The position numbers were made by a program, and so were the translations under genes. DNA of 64,000 nt. It comes from an uncultured Gemmatimonadales bacterium (GTDB lineage Bacteria; Gemmatimonadota; Gemmatimonadetes; Palauibacterales; Palauibacteraceae). The notes under the pieces were generated by a model, which did no database searches, was not told where the DNA came from, and saw only the letters and a program-made list of their open reading frames with translations. Every line of letters begins with the position of its first letter. Position 1 is the stretch's first letter. Below are positions 54,221 through 62,730 of this stretch, piece by piece. The stretch covers positions 40,658-104,657 of the forward strand of contig CAMYMV010000009.1 in assembly GCA_947259585.1 (NCBI GenBank), written 5' to 3'.

Positions 54221-54248
54221 ATGATAGCGCCCACGGATGCACCGTCAA
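54221..54248 (-). promoter_or_regulatory. Sigma70-like promoter implying a leaderless arsR transcript
   Basis: Minus strand reads TTGACG (54248-54243), a 16-nt spacer, then TATCAT (54226-54221). The ATG begins 7 nt after the -10 box. Confidence 0.45.
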
Positions 54249-54794
54249 GACTTCGGAGACCGGGCCGACGAGTTCCTGCCGGATGGCCTCCAGGACGCCG
54301 TCACCACCTGCTCAGCACACAGGTGGCCGCACGCTCTAACTCCCGAAACGACGGGAGAACCTCCGAGAGCTCTCCAGGTTCGCTTTCCAGGTTGAGCGCG
54401 AAAACGCGGTTGGGAGCCAGTGCGCCTTCGGCCGTCCGCTATGAGGCGAGAGGCGTGTTCTTCTTGGGGTGAGGGCGGGTTTCGGCTTATATTCGGTTGT
54501 TCCCCGGGCTCGTACTCCCGAGGGCTCTTCGCTACCCGGTGGGGCTGTTCGAGGATGGAAGTGCGACCAGCCGCGCCTCGAACCCGAGGTATGCGGGCAC
54601 TGCAGACGCCAGAACACCGGGAGCTTTCCGGGTCGAGGTACCAGCCGGGGGGGGGCAGCGCGAGCCGACCGACGGGATGCTCGTGCGAGTGCCCGATGGG
54701 CCGATGAGGCGTGGGGCCGAGGCCGCTCCGGTGGAGGGGCTTGAAGGAGCACACGCTCACCGGGCGTGCGCTCCGTAGCCGTATCTCGTTGCAT

Positions 54795-54816
54795 CTCTAG
54801 ACATTACGGTCTAGAG
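54795..54816. repeat. Perfect 8-bp inverted repeat CTCTAGAC-N6-GTCTAGAG
   Basis: Read directly from the sequence. It lies 113 nt upstream of the 54929 gene, at the island / mobile-module junction. Confidence 0.7.
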
Positions 54817-54928
54817 GGGCTGTCGCCTGGGGCTGTTGGGCCCGTTTCGTGGCTTCAGGCCGGGTCACTGCTGCGCCGTGCAGGCAAGGCACCACGGCGG
54901 CACTTGTTGAGGCGCCCAGAGAGAGGAC

Positions 54929-55345
54929 GTGATGGCACCGTGTAGAGGGACGCGGGTGGACGGGAGGCCGTGCAGAGCTCCCGAGCGGATGTTGGACGCC
55001 AAGGGTCTGTGCCCTGCACATCGCCCCGGCGCAACGGAGCGGCTCCGAGAGGCAGGCAGGAAGGGGGCGGAGGTCTCTACTCGGCTCAAGCAGAAGGCGA
55101 CGGGTCTATCATCCGATGAGTTACCCCCGCTCGATTCCCCAAAAGCAGCGGCTACATGGCTTGAAGCTATTGGCCGCGCTGTAGCCTGCGGACGGCTGGC
55201 CAACCGCGACGCGGTTGCCGCAACGAAGGCGGTCCGCGAGTGGCTTAGGGCTCACGAGGCGGGTGCGGTTGCGGAGCAGGTAACTGAGCTGACGCGAAAG
55301 GTCGAAGAACTGAAGAAGGGCGGTCCACATGAGGTCGTGAAGTGA
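54929..55345 (+). CDS. Hypothetical protein with N-terminal Cys/His cluster (possible DNA-recognition/small terminase partner)
   Basis: CRGTRVDGRPCRAPE...GLCPAH. The gene overlaps the terminase start (GTGA). Function is inferred from position only. Confidence 0.5.
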   Translation: MMAPCRGTRVDGRPCRAPERMLDAKGLCPAHRPGATERLREAGRKGAEVSTRLKQKATGLSSDELPPLDSPKAAATWLEAIGRAVACGRLANRDAVAATKAVREWLRAHEAGAVAEQVTELTRKVEELKKGGPHEVVK

Positions 55346-56829
55346 CCGTCTCTGCCTCCCTCCGTCGGCTCGACGCTGAACTCGGCGATCTGATCGAACG
55401 CCACGGGCGCGGGCGGTCGTTGGACGAGTTCGCGGTCTACCGGGACGACCCGACCGGCTTCATTCGCGAGGTGCTGCATGGTGAGCCGTGGTCTCGGCAG
55501 GAGGAGATCGCGGAGGCCGTACGAGAGAGACCGCTCGTGGTGGTTCGATCCTGTAACGGGGCCGGGAAGGACTGGCTGGCCGCGAGGCTGGCTCTGTGGT
55601 GGGCCTATGCCCGACAGGGGCTCGCGCTCATCTCAGGACCGACCGAACGACAGGTGCGAGAGGTCGTGATGGGCGAGGTCGCGAGAGCGTTCCGCAAAGC
55701 TGAGGAGCTGCCGGGCGAACTGTATCAGATGGCGCTCCGGCTCGGCCGTGATCAGCGAGCCGGAATCCTGAGCTTCACCAGCACGGAGGCAAGCAAGCTC
55801 ACTGGGTTCCACGCGCCGAGGGTGCTCGCGATCCTGACCGAGGCCCAAGGCGTCGAGCCGTTCGCATGGGAGGGCCTGCTGGCGTGCGCTACGGGCTCTG
55901 AGGACCGCGTTCTCGCTGTCGGGAACCCCCTCATCCCGAGCGGCCGGTTCTTCGATGTGTCGCGGTCTGAGGGCTGGCGAGCGATCCGCATTCCGGCCAC
56001 CGATCATCCCAATCTCCTCGAAGGTCAGGAGGTGATTCCCGGCGGGGTGACGCTGGAATTCGCCGAGCGGATGGCCGCCGAGTACGGCGAGGAGTCGGGT
56101 GTCTACCGGGCGCGGGTCGAGGGCGAGTTCCCGGACGAGAGTGAGGATGCGCTGTGCGCCCGCTCATGGATCGATGCGGCCGTAGAGCGGTGGGAGTCGG
56201 GCGAGATGGAGTCGGAAGCGGACCGCGAGCCCGTGGTCTTGTCGCTCGACCCCGCGAGGTTCGGTCCCGACGCGAGCGTGCTCGTAGTGATGCAGGGTCC
56301 CATGGTCCGGGAGATCGTGTCATGGACGAAGAAGGGGCTGAACGAAACTACGGGGCGACTGCTCACGAAGCTGGACGAGGTTGGATCCGCGATCGTCGTT
56401 GTAGACGAACCGGGTCTCGGCGGCGGTGTGATCGACCGACTGGCCGAGCAGGGCGTGGATGTGGTCGCGTACAACGGTGGCAGAAGGGCCGAGCTAGTCC
56501 CCAACCCCGAACGGTTCAGGAACCGGCGTGCGGCGGCCTACTGGATGCTGAGGCAGCGGCTGGAGGACGGCGATCTTGCACTTCCACCGGATGACCGACT
56601 CGCGGACGAGCTTACGACGATCCGGTGGAAGGTGAACTCCAGCGGGCAGATTCAATTGGAGCCGAAGGACCGTGTGAGGGAGCGGTTGGGCCGGAGTCCC
56701 GACACCGCAGATGCGCTCGCGGCTGCGGTCTGGGTTCAGGTAGCGGCGTCGGCTCCCGTGCCGACTACGGAGATCGTCTGGGACCCGACAGGCATGTTTA
56801 CGCAAGCGGGCGACTGGGGGCTTACCTGA
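55342..56829 (+). CDS. Phage terminase large subunit-like protein
   Basis: P-loop VVRSCNGAGKDWLAA and Walker-B-like VLAILTEAQ. The C-terminal RNase-H-like nuclease pattern is present (VLSLDPARFGPDASVL...VVVDEPGLGGGV...SPDTADAL). Confidence 0.72.
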   Translation: MTVSASLRRLDAELGDLIERHGRGRSLDEFAVYRDDPTGFIREVLHGEPWSRQEEIAEAVRERPLVVVRSCNGAGKDWLAARLALWWAYARQGLALISGPTERQVREVVMGEVARAFRKAEELPGELYQMALRLGRDQRAGILSFTSTEASKLTGFHAPRVLAILTEAQGVEPFAWEGLLACATGSEDRVLAVGNPLIPSGRFFDVSRSEGWRAIRIPATDHPNLLEGQEVIPGGVTLEFAERMAAEYGEESGVYRARVEGEFPDESEDALCARSWIDAAVERWESGEMESEADREPVVLSLDPARFGPDASVLVVMQGPMVREIVSWTKKGLNETTGRLLTKLDEVGSAIVVVDEPGLGGGVIDRLAEQGVDVVAYNGGRRAELVPNPERFRNRRAAAYWMLRQRLEDGDLALPPDDRLADELTTIRWKVNSSGQIQLEPKDRVRERLGRSPDTADALAAAVWVQVAASAPVPTTEIVWDPTGMFTQAGDWGLT

Positions 56830-56885
56830 CGGAGGGGCGGCCCCGAAGGAACCGCCCCCACCGGGTGAGGATTCAGGGCAGGGAC

Positions 56886-57569
56886 CTAGATCAGCTGAAT
56901 CGTAAGGTTTGGGGAGGGCCCAACGAGCCAGATTGCTTGAAATCCGGCCGAGCGGGCCTGTTCCGAGTAGGCATCCCTGAAAGCATCGACAACGTCATCA
57001 AACACCAACGACGGGCAGGAGTCGGCATTTAATGCCAGCACGAGCCCTTTCGCGAGCGAAGGATGGCTCGACTTGGATGCGATCGAATCCATGAGTGCCT
57101 TAGCAGCCTCTTGCACGGTGAGTTCGATGTACCCTCGCCCTTTGGTGTTTGCGTCGCGCCAATAGGCTTCGTCTCGAAGAGCACGTACTACTTGGACTCG
57201 CAGCTCGTTTCCGTCTTGATCGAAACAGACCATATCCGCGTCTCCATCGCCGACCTCGGGCTCTCCCCAGCGGCTGCCCTGATCATTGAGGACGCGGATT
57301 AGCGTGCGCACCACACGCTCAGTGTCTTCTTCGTTCTGTGGGCTCCTCCCGGCAAGCTGTACTACGATTCCACCGCCCCGCACGTCTCCTGATGCCCCAT
57401 AGCCGTGGCGAAAGGACTCAGAGTAACCGACAACCCTTCCATCCCGCCGCGTAGTAGCCTGTGCGTAGTCGCTACCCACGCCGTCTTCCTGTAGTTGAGC
57501 CCTGACCTTCTTTCCAGCCACGTCCGCCTCCTGATGGGAGGTCCGAGCATCTATCTCCACCAGATACAC
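56886..57569 (-). CDS. Hypothetical protein
   Basis: 227 aa with coding-like composition. GDGDADMVCFD...ELRVQVVR could be a degenerate PD-(D/E)xK motif, but I cannot support this. Confidence 0.5.
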   Translation of the reverse strand: MYLVEIDARTSHQEADVAGKKVRAQLQEDGVGSDYAQATTRRDGRVVGYSESFRHGYGASGDVRGGGIVVQLAGRSPQNEEDTERVVRTLIRVLNDQGSRWGEPEVGDGDADMVCFDQDGNELRVQVVRALRDEAYWRDANTKGRGYIELTVQEAAKALMDSIASKSSHPSLAKGLVLALNADSCPSLVFDDVVDAFRDAYSEQARSAGFQAIWLVGPSPNLTIQLI

Positions 57570-57753
57570 CGGCTGCTTCGCGAAGGGTCTCCGCCGCTGA
57601 TTATGGCGGCGTCTATGGACTCTCCGGTGCCGAAGGCGTCCCCTTGGAGTTGCTCGAGGGAAGCCCTTTCAGAACCTACTTCGTTCCAAGTCTGATCCTG
57701 TTTGTGAGGACAAGATCAGGAGCGTGGAGGGGCCAGATGCGAGCGGCAGGGTG

Positions 57754-58185
57754 TTACTCCTCCAACATGTCCAGCATCCCGGTCGCTTCACCTACCTCGA
57801 TCAGGTATCCGTCGGGATCGCGCATGTAACACCGTATCTCGGGTCCACGATCGATAGGTGGCGTCAAGAACTCTGCGCCCTTCAAGCGCCACTCCTCGTA
57901 CCTCGCCCAAATGTCAGCGACTCGAATGTTCATGAAGCTGTCGGTGCGTTCAAGGTCGGTTGGTGGGGCGAGCGTTACGTCGGGCTTATCGTCCGTAGGT
58001 CCTCCGCCTGGGTTTAGGATCACCCATGAGTTGGCGAGCTTTATGATGCACGGATTCTCGGGCACCACGACCTGTCCCCCGAGGATGTCGGCATAAAATG
58101 CTCGCGAGCGCGGCACATCTTCGACTGTCCGAAAGTGGGTGAGCAGGATTCCCTGACGCGGTGCCGGGAAGTCGTCTCGTTTCAT
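57754..58185 (-). CDS. VOC (glyoxalase/bleomycin-resistance/dioxygenase) family protein
   Basis: LTHFRTVEDVPRSRAFYADILGG...FMNIRVADIWARYEEWRLKGAEF...CYMRDPDGYLIEV. Confidence 0.8.
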   Translation of the reverse strand: MKRDDFPAPRQGILLTHFRTVEDVPRSRAFYADILGGQVVVPENPCIIKLANSWVILNPGGGPTDDKPDVTLAPPTDLERTDSFMNIRVADIWARYEEWRLKGAEFLTPPIDRGPEIRCYMRDPDGYLIEVGEATGMLDMLEE

Positions 58186-58348
58186 GTTGAACTCCCTTCC
58201 CCGTTGAACACACACAAACTACCGGTAGCGGTAGGAAAGGTCCCCACCCCGACGAGGTCAGGAGCGTGGAGGGGCCGCGTACGCGCGTACGCACGTGGAT
58301 GCAGGGGGACGCACAGCGCTGAGTTCTTGCCGGAACGCAGGGTGTGAA

Positions 58349-59404
58349 TCAGTACTGCGTGAACGTCGCCTCAAACCAGGGGGTTCGGTCGTCCCTAAGC
58401 CACCTAGCCTGGAGCTGGTCACCGCTGCGAGTGAAGAGGACTCGCGTTCCGTTGGCACAATCACCGCTAATCAACTGCTGGGCAACCACGAATTCGTTGG
58501 TTCCCTGGTATTCGAGGATCAGGTCGTAGGAGCACGGCGATGCCGATTCGTAGTCCGCTGAACCAACAACTTGCCCTGGTTCCTGCACTGAATAGAACGC
58601 CAGCCTAACCGTATAGGAAGGAAATCCGGGCGGCTCGACGGTTGCCTGCCAATAGCCGACGGAAAAATAGCCAATCGGAATGTCATCAGGGGCTGGCGGA
58701 ACTGCTGGGACGGCCGGTTGCCGTGGCTCAGTGGGTGGTGGTTCAATGGGTGGCGCGGGTTCCGCTGGCTTCGGAGCTTGCTGCGCTTCTTCTAGTTCCT
58801 GCTCCAATTGAGCTTGTTGGGCAGCCTCTCGCCGCACGTTCCGGTTGTACGTCGAGGCATCATTGACACCGCTGACGATGCTCCACACCCAATTGCCAAA
58901 CCAGACGAAGGCAAAGGAGCTGGCGACAATAAACGCCCCGCTGCTCTCGTCGCAGATGTTGAAGGTGTTGTCGCAAGCGGAGCTGTACCCGGCGACCATG
59001 ACTCCGATAGACGCAAGGTGGACGGCGAGGTGGATTCCGCCATTGGTGGAGTTTCCTGCATAAAAGGACCCAACGCCCGGTATGATCGCACTCAGAATGC
59101 CAGCTAACGCCCCGCTCCTTTTCGGTAGGGTGTCCACCTGCAGAGCCAAGAGTTCGGCTCTCACCGATGCGTAGTCGTCATGGTTGAAAACGCTCGAATC
59201 GTCAAACCAGGGCGACTGTGTCTGGGCCGGTAGCGGCACGGCGGGTAGCGCTACCTGGAAGATAATCGGAAGGAATAGGGACCAGACAGGAAGTTTGCAG
59301 GAGCCATGTAAAGCCATTGTGGACCCCTCCGACCGCAAGTAATCACAGCGGGTTTTTGAGCCCGAATTGTGCCTCCATCCCCATTCTAGGTTAGGACCGC
59401 TCAA
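58349..59404 (-). CDS. Secreted/membrane hypothetical protein with Pro-rich linker
   Basis: Signal-like VWSLFLPIIFQVALPAVPLPAQ, then a Gly-rich TM pair and the linker PKPAEPAPPIEPPPTEPRQPAVPAVPPAP. The true start is probably an internal Met. Confidence 0.6.
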   Translation of the reverse strand: MSGPNLEWGWRHNSGSKTRCDYLRSEGSTMALHGSCKLPVWSLFLPIIFQVALPAVPLPAQTQSPWFDDSSVFNHDDYASVRAELLALQVDTLPKRSGALAGILSAIIPGVGSFYAGNSTNGGIHLAVHLASIGVMVAGYSSACDNTFNICDESSGAFIVASSFAFVWFGNWVWSIVSGVNDASTYNRNVRREAAQQAQLEQELEEAQQAPKPAEPAPPIEPPPTEPRQPAVPAVPPAPDDIPIGYFSVGYWQATVEPPGFPSYTVRLAFYSVQEPGQVVGSADYESASPCSYDLILEYQGTNEFVVAQQLISGDCANGTRVLFTRSGDQLQARWLRDDRTPWFEATFTQY

Positions 59405-59593
59405 CCAGCGCGTCTTGTCATGCGAATCTCGAACGTTTCTGTGGTGGAATTCCCCAAGCGGAGGCGTATGGTCGCAGCACGAGATCAGGAGGGTGAAGGG
59501 GGCGCGTGGTTACGCGCGTCCACTGGTGCCTAGATGGGCAGAATGTGGGGCTGTTAGTGTTGCCGCCGTCGGCCGGGTCATGATTACCTCCGG

Positions 59594-60238
59594 CTACACG
59601 AAGTGCTTGATGATTAGCTGCTCCGTGAAGCCAAGAATGCTCTCAACGCCTTCGCTTTGGACCGCGTCCCAACGGGCGTGGAGAGCGTCGTTGCGGAACT
59701 TTAGGTAGGACTGGGCGATGCCTACCTGCGCCCCCGTCAGGACGCCTTTGTCTTTAAGGGCCGTCAGCTCGTCAGCCAGCTTGCGTCCCGGTTCAGCGAT
59801 GTTCGTAAGATTGCCTAAGCGGCGGATCGTGTCTTCAAAAGCTGCCGCCGCGAGCACGGCAGCCACGTTCTTCGCGCTTTCACCGCTTTCGGCCAGGCTC
59901 TCACGGGACAGTTTGATTAGATCGGTGAGCACCTCTCCCGTCACGGCCCCCTGAAGGGAGCCAAGAAAACCGGCATCGATCTCGGCAATAACGTTATTGA
60001 GTGCTCCTCTTAGAGCGCCGCGATAGTGCGGGAGCGGAAGAGTGGTGTGCTTTCTAATCTTGGCGAGAGTCGTTTCAAGAGCTACCTCTTGCGGAGACTC
60101 TGGTCCGTGAAGCCGACGCAGGACCGATACGGTGCCTTGGTGCAGCTCAACGATCTCTGCATCGCTCGCTCCGCCCTCTATCGCCGCTTCTTTAGCGAGG
60201 AGTTCCTCCGCCCGCTCTCGCATCTGATCAATCTTCAT
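59594..60238 (-). CDS. HEPN-type protein (Rx4H motif; DUF4145-like)
   Basis: The C-terminal part reads GIAQSYLKFRNDALHARWD (R-N-D-A-L-H is Rx4H). I chose the start at MKIDQMRE. Confidence 0.6.
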   Translation of the reverse strand: MKIDQMRERAEELLAKEAAIEGGASDAEIVELHQGTVSVLRRLHGPESPQEVALETTLAKIRKHTTLPLPHYRGALRGALNNVIAEIDAGFLGSLQGAVTGEVLTDLIKLSRESLAESGESAKNVAAVLAAAAFEDTIRRLGNLTNIAEPGRKLADELTALKDKGVLTGAQVGIAQSYLKFRNDALHARWDAVQSEGVESILGFTEQLIIKHFV

Positions 60239-60433
60239 ATGCGTCTTAGCGATTCCTGCGGGCCGCAATCCCGTTGCCCGCCTCTGACCGCAGAGCTTGG
60301 GCGAGTAGCCCATCCAGACTCGCGATGATGATGAGGGCTTCCTCTCTCTCGGCGCGCTCAGAAGAGAGTGAGCCTCGACGGTAAGATGACCGTTGCTTCC
60401 CGACCCACCTGTCGAGCTTTGGCACCGTTCTGC

Positions 60434-61321
60434 TCATGAAGGTTTCCATAGGGTACTGATACCTGTCGGGCCGCTATGAGGCCCAATATCCGCAAGCAGC
60501 CAGACCACTCCTGCCCTCTCGCGCCAACGTTCAACTTCCTCTCTTGATCCGAAGCCGAGGGGATGATGGTGCTCCACGCGGAGTTGAGGGACAGCGAGCC
60601 GCACATCTTCTCGATCATGGAACTTGGCCTGGCCCCAATCAGTGATCTTCTCCATGCTCTCCAGGGGTTCACCTCCCTGAAAGCTGAAGACGATCCCGAC
60701 GGGTGGCCACGAGACTTCGGCAACGGCCCATCGACCGCGCCCAGTGAATAGCTCTCCGACCACACACCACGGAACGATACGGCCCGTATCAGAGATGTTT
60801 CGGTAGAGGTGAACGTCGGGAAAGTGGCCACTCAGAATCTGGTCCCGCAGGCGTGCGAACCGCCTAAGGTCTTCCCACTTCGGATTCTGTTCTGGCATTG
60901 CGCAGAGTAGCATTGCGTACATTCGCTTTATGATTCGCGCAGGATAGACATTCTCCAGATTGACAAACATCCGTCCGCGCGAATCAACGAGCCCGACTGC
61001 GTCCGCAAACTGGCGCACAAAGTCGGCGTAAGCAGAGTCTAGGCGGGCACCCAAGATGTGAGTATTACATCTCTCGCATAACGCCCTCAGCCAAAAGCCG
61101 TCCTCACTGTCCAGAACCTCGATCTCGATGTCTCTATCGTCCGAGAACCCCTTGATAAAGCTGATCTGAACGGGGCCGCGGTTAGTCGCCGCCCGCGGTG
61201 GAAGATGCTCCCTACCCTGAACATCACTCTTCAAACACAGCCTGCACTTTTGGCCGCTCACGGGGTTTGCATTTCGTTCACTCACCAGTGTGAGCCTAGG
61301 TCTCGCCGCGCTCTCGTTCAC
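60434..61321 (-). CDS. HNH-nuclease-motif protein with about 200-aa unknown C-terminal domain
   Basis: CRLCLKSDVQGREHLPPRAATN...LCERCNTH follows the CxxC...EH...CxxCN(H) layout of beta-beta-alpha-Me nucleases. Confidence 0.55.
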   Translation of the reverse strand: MNESAARPRLTLVSERNANPVSGQKCRLCLKSDVQGREHLPPRAATNRGPVQISFIKGFSDDRDIEIEVLDSEDGFWLRALCERCNTHILGARLDSAYADFVRQFADAVGLVDSRGRMFVNLENVYPARIIKRMYAMLLCAMPEQNPKWEDLRRFARLRDQILSGHFPDVHLYRNISDTGRIVPWCVVGELFTGRGRWAVAEVSWPPVGIVFSFQGGEPLESMEKITDWGQAKFHDREDVRLAVPQLRVEHHHPLGFGSREEVERWRERAGVVWLLADIGPHSGPTGISTLWKPS

Positions 61322-61423
61322 GCTGGCGGCGCTTGCGGCGTGTCATTGGCCCCGCACGTTGCCGTCGTTGCCGAGGTTTGCCAGCAGTTCGGGGAGGGTC
61401 ATGTCGGTTCTACGATAACGAGA

Positions 61424-62065
61424 TCACCATAGCGCGTCGTAGGCTTTCTCCAGCACCGCTGGATCAATCGGGGGACCGCCCGCTTCAATGACCTCGCCCT
61501 CCCAGTCCCACAACCGGCGAACCTTCGGGTCATCCGGATCGAGGCGGCTGCGGGCCGCGAGCCCCTCAAGCTCGCGTTGGACACGATTAGGGAGCCGGCC
61601 GACGATGTATTCCGAGACCTTATCCGGCCCCCACTCCAGATCGGGCGGCGGTAGGGTTGGGCGCTCCGACCTGACGGCCGCCCTGGCCGTCCGTTCGCCA
61701 CAGCCCGCTAACGCAGCAAGTAGCTGAACGGCGAGCCGACGGCGGCGCTGCCAGTAGCGTTTCTCGGATAGGCCCGACGCCTCCGCCCACAGCTCTCCAG
61801 GCGAGTGGCTGGCCAGGCTGGCTCCAGGGTGCCCGTCCTTCTTGATGACGGGGAGCCTACGGTGGGCATCGAGCCACTCCTCCGCGATCATGAGGTCCGA
61901 AGCGCGCAAGGAAGGAATGCTTTGGGGCCGACCTCTTGGTCGGCGGAAGCTGTCATCAGCGGCCGCGCGAGCCTTCTCCTCTTCGGCAATCCTGTGCAGA
62001 AGTTCGGTCTCGGCGACGCATCGCCTATGCACCGCACTCAACCGATCACACGCCGGGCATTCCAT
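61424..62065 (-). CDS. Hypothetical protein (N-terminal CxxC...C cluster)
   Basis: 213 aa, starting MECPACDRLSAVHRRC. No family recognised. Confidence 0.5.
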   Translation of the reverse strand: MECPACDRLSAVHRRCVAETELLHRIAEEEKARAAADDSFRRPRGRPQSIPSLRASDLMIAEEWLDAHRRLPVIKKDGHPGASLASHSPGELWAEASGLSEKRYWQRRRRLAVQLLAALAGCGERTARAAVRSERPTLPPPDLEWGPDKVSEYIVGRLPNRVQRELEGLAARSRLDPDDPKVRRLWDWEGEVIEAGGPPIDPAVLEKAYDALW

Positions 62066-62137
62066 TATCCTGGCACAAAATAGTCCGGTATTGTCCTCCC
62101 GGGCGAGTCAACACCCTGTAAACGGATAGGCGAAAGC

Positions 62138-62350
62138 GTGGAGACTTACATCAAAGAGACTCGATCGGCAGTGATCGGGGCGCGCGTGACTAACCAGGAC
62201 CGACACCTCCTAGAGCTTGCCGCCGAAGCCCGTGGGGCAACGCTATCCGCCTACATAGCAGACGCCGCGACTCGGGCCGCCCGGCGGGATCTCCTCGGCG
62301 CGGGCCAGGCACTGAGGGAGGAAGCATCCTTTGAGCAACAGCGACAGTGA
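62138..62350 (+). CDS. Ribbon-helix-helix protein, DUF1778/TacA-antitoxin-like
   Basis: AVIGARVTNQDRHLLELAAEARGATLSAYIADAATRAA matches the RHH pattern of DUF1778 antitoxins. Confidence 0.6.
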   Translation: METYIKETRSAVIGARVTNQDRHLLELAAEARGATLSAYIADAATRAARRDLLGAGQALREEASFEQQRQ

Positions 62351-62730
62351 CCGGGACCATGACCACTGAGGATCGCGTCGCTGGCGTGCTGCCTCGCAAC
62401 GTTCTCCAGCGATTCGAACGGTCCGTCGAAGGTGCCGACAACGCAGTCGCGGCAGTCCGCGCGCTGCGCCGTGCCGCCGCCTGCCTTCCCGTCCGCTTCA
62501 CGAGTCAACGCGACGCGCTGCGCTGGGCGTCCGAGCAGGCCCTACGCCCATTCTTCCGGGAGTTACAGGGCGACACGGCCGCGAAGGCGGCCATCTGGGC
62601 GGCACTGGATGGTCTGTGGGACGGCTCGGACAGGTCGGACAAGGATGCGAAAAACGGTAGTGATTCGCATGAGGTCACTCCTGGGCTTGAGGAGGCTGCG
62701 GCTCGGTTGCGCGCGGCGATGTTCCGATGA
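62347..62730 (+). CDS. Hypothetical protein
   Basis: 127 aa, coupled on both sides by 4-nt overlaps. It shows no GNAT toxin features. Confidence 0.5.
   Translation: MTGTMTTEDRVAGVLPRNVLQRFERSVEGADNAVAAVRALRRAAACLPVRFTSQRDALRWASEQALRPFFRELQGDTAAKAAIWAALDGLWDGSDRSDKDAKNGSDSHEVTPGLEEAAARLRAAMFR

Noticed and set aside
57724-58017. Plus-strand ORFs starting at the AGGAG-N-GTG inside the repeated element (57724-58017 and 58135-58347).
   Set aside because: They run antisense through the VOC gene and the neighbouring intergenic region, and their sequences are unrelated after the shared repeat. The SD-like AGGAG is part of the repeat itself.
57691-59560. Interpretation of the three-copy element as bona fide integron attC sites.
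   Set aside because: I could not find RYYYAAC / GTTRRRY core pairs or the extrahelical-base hairpin geometry, and there is no intI gene in the window. It is retained only as an unexplained repeat finding.
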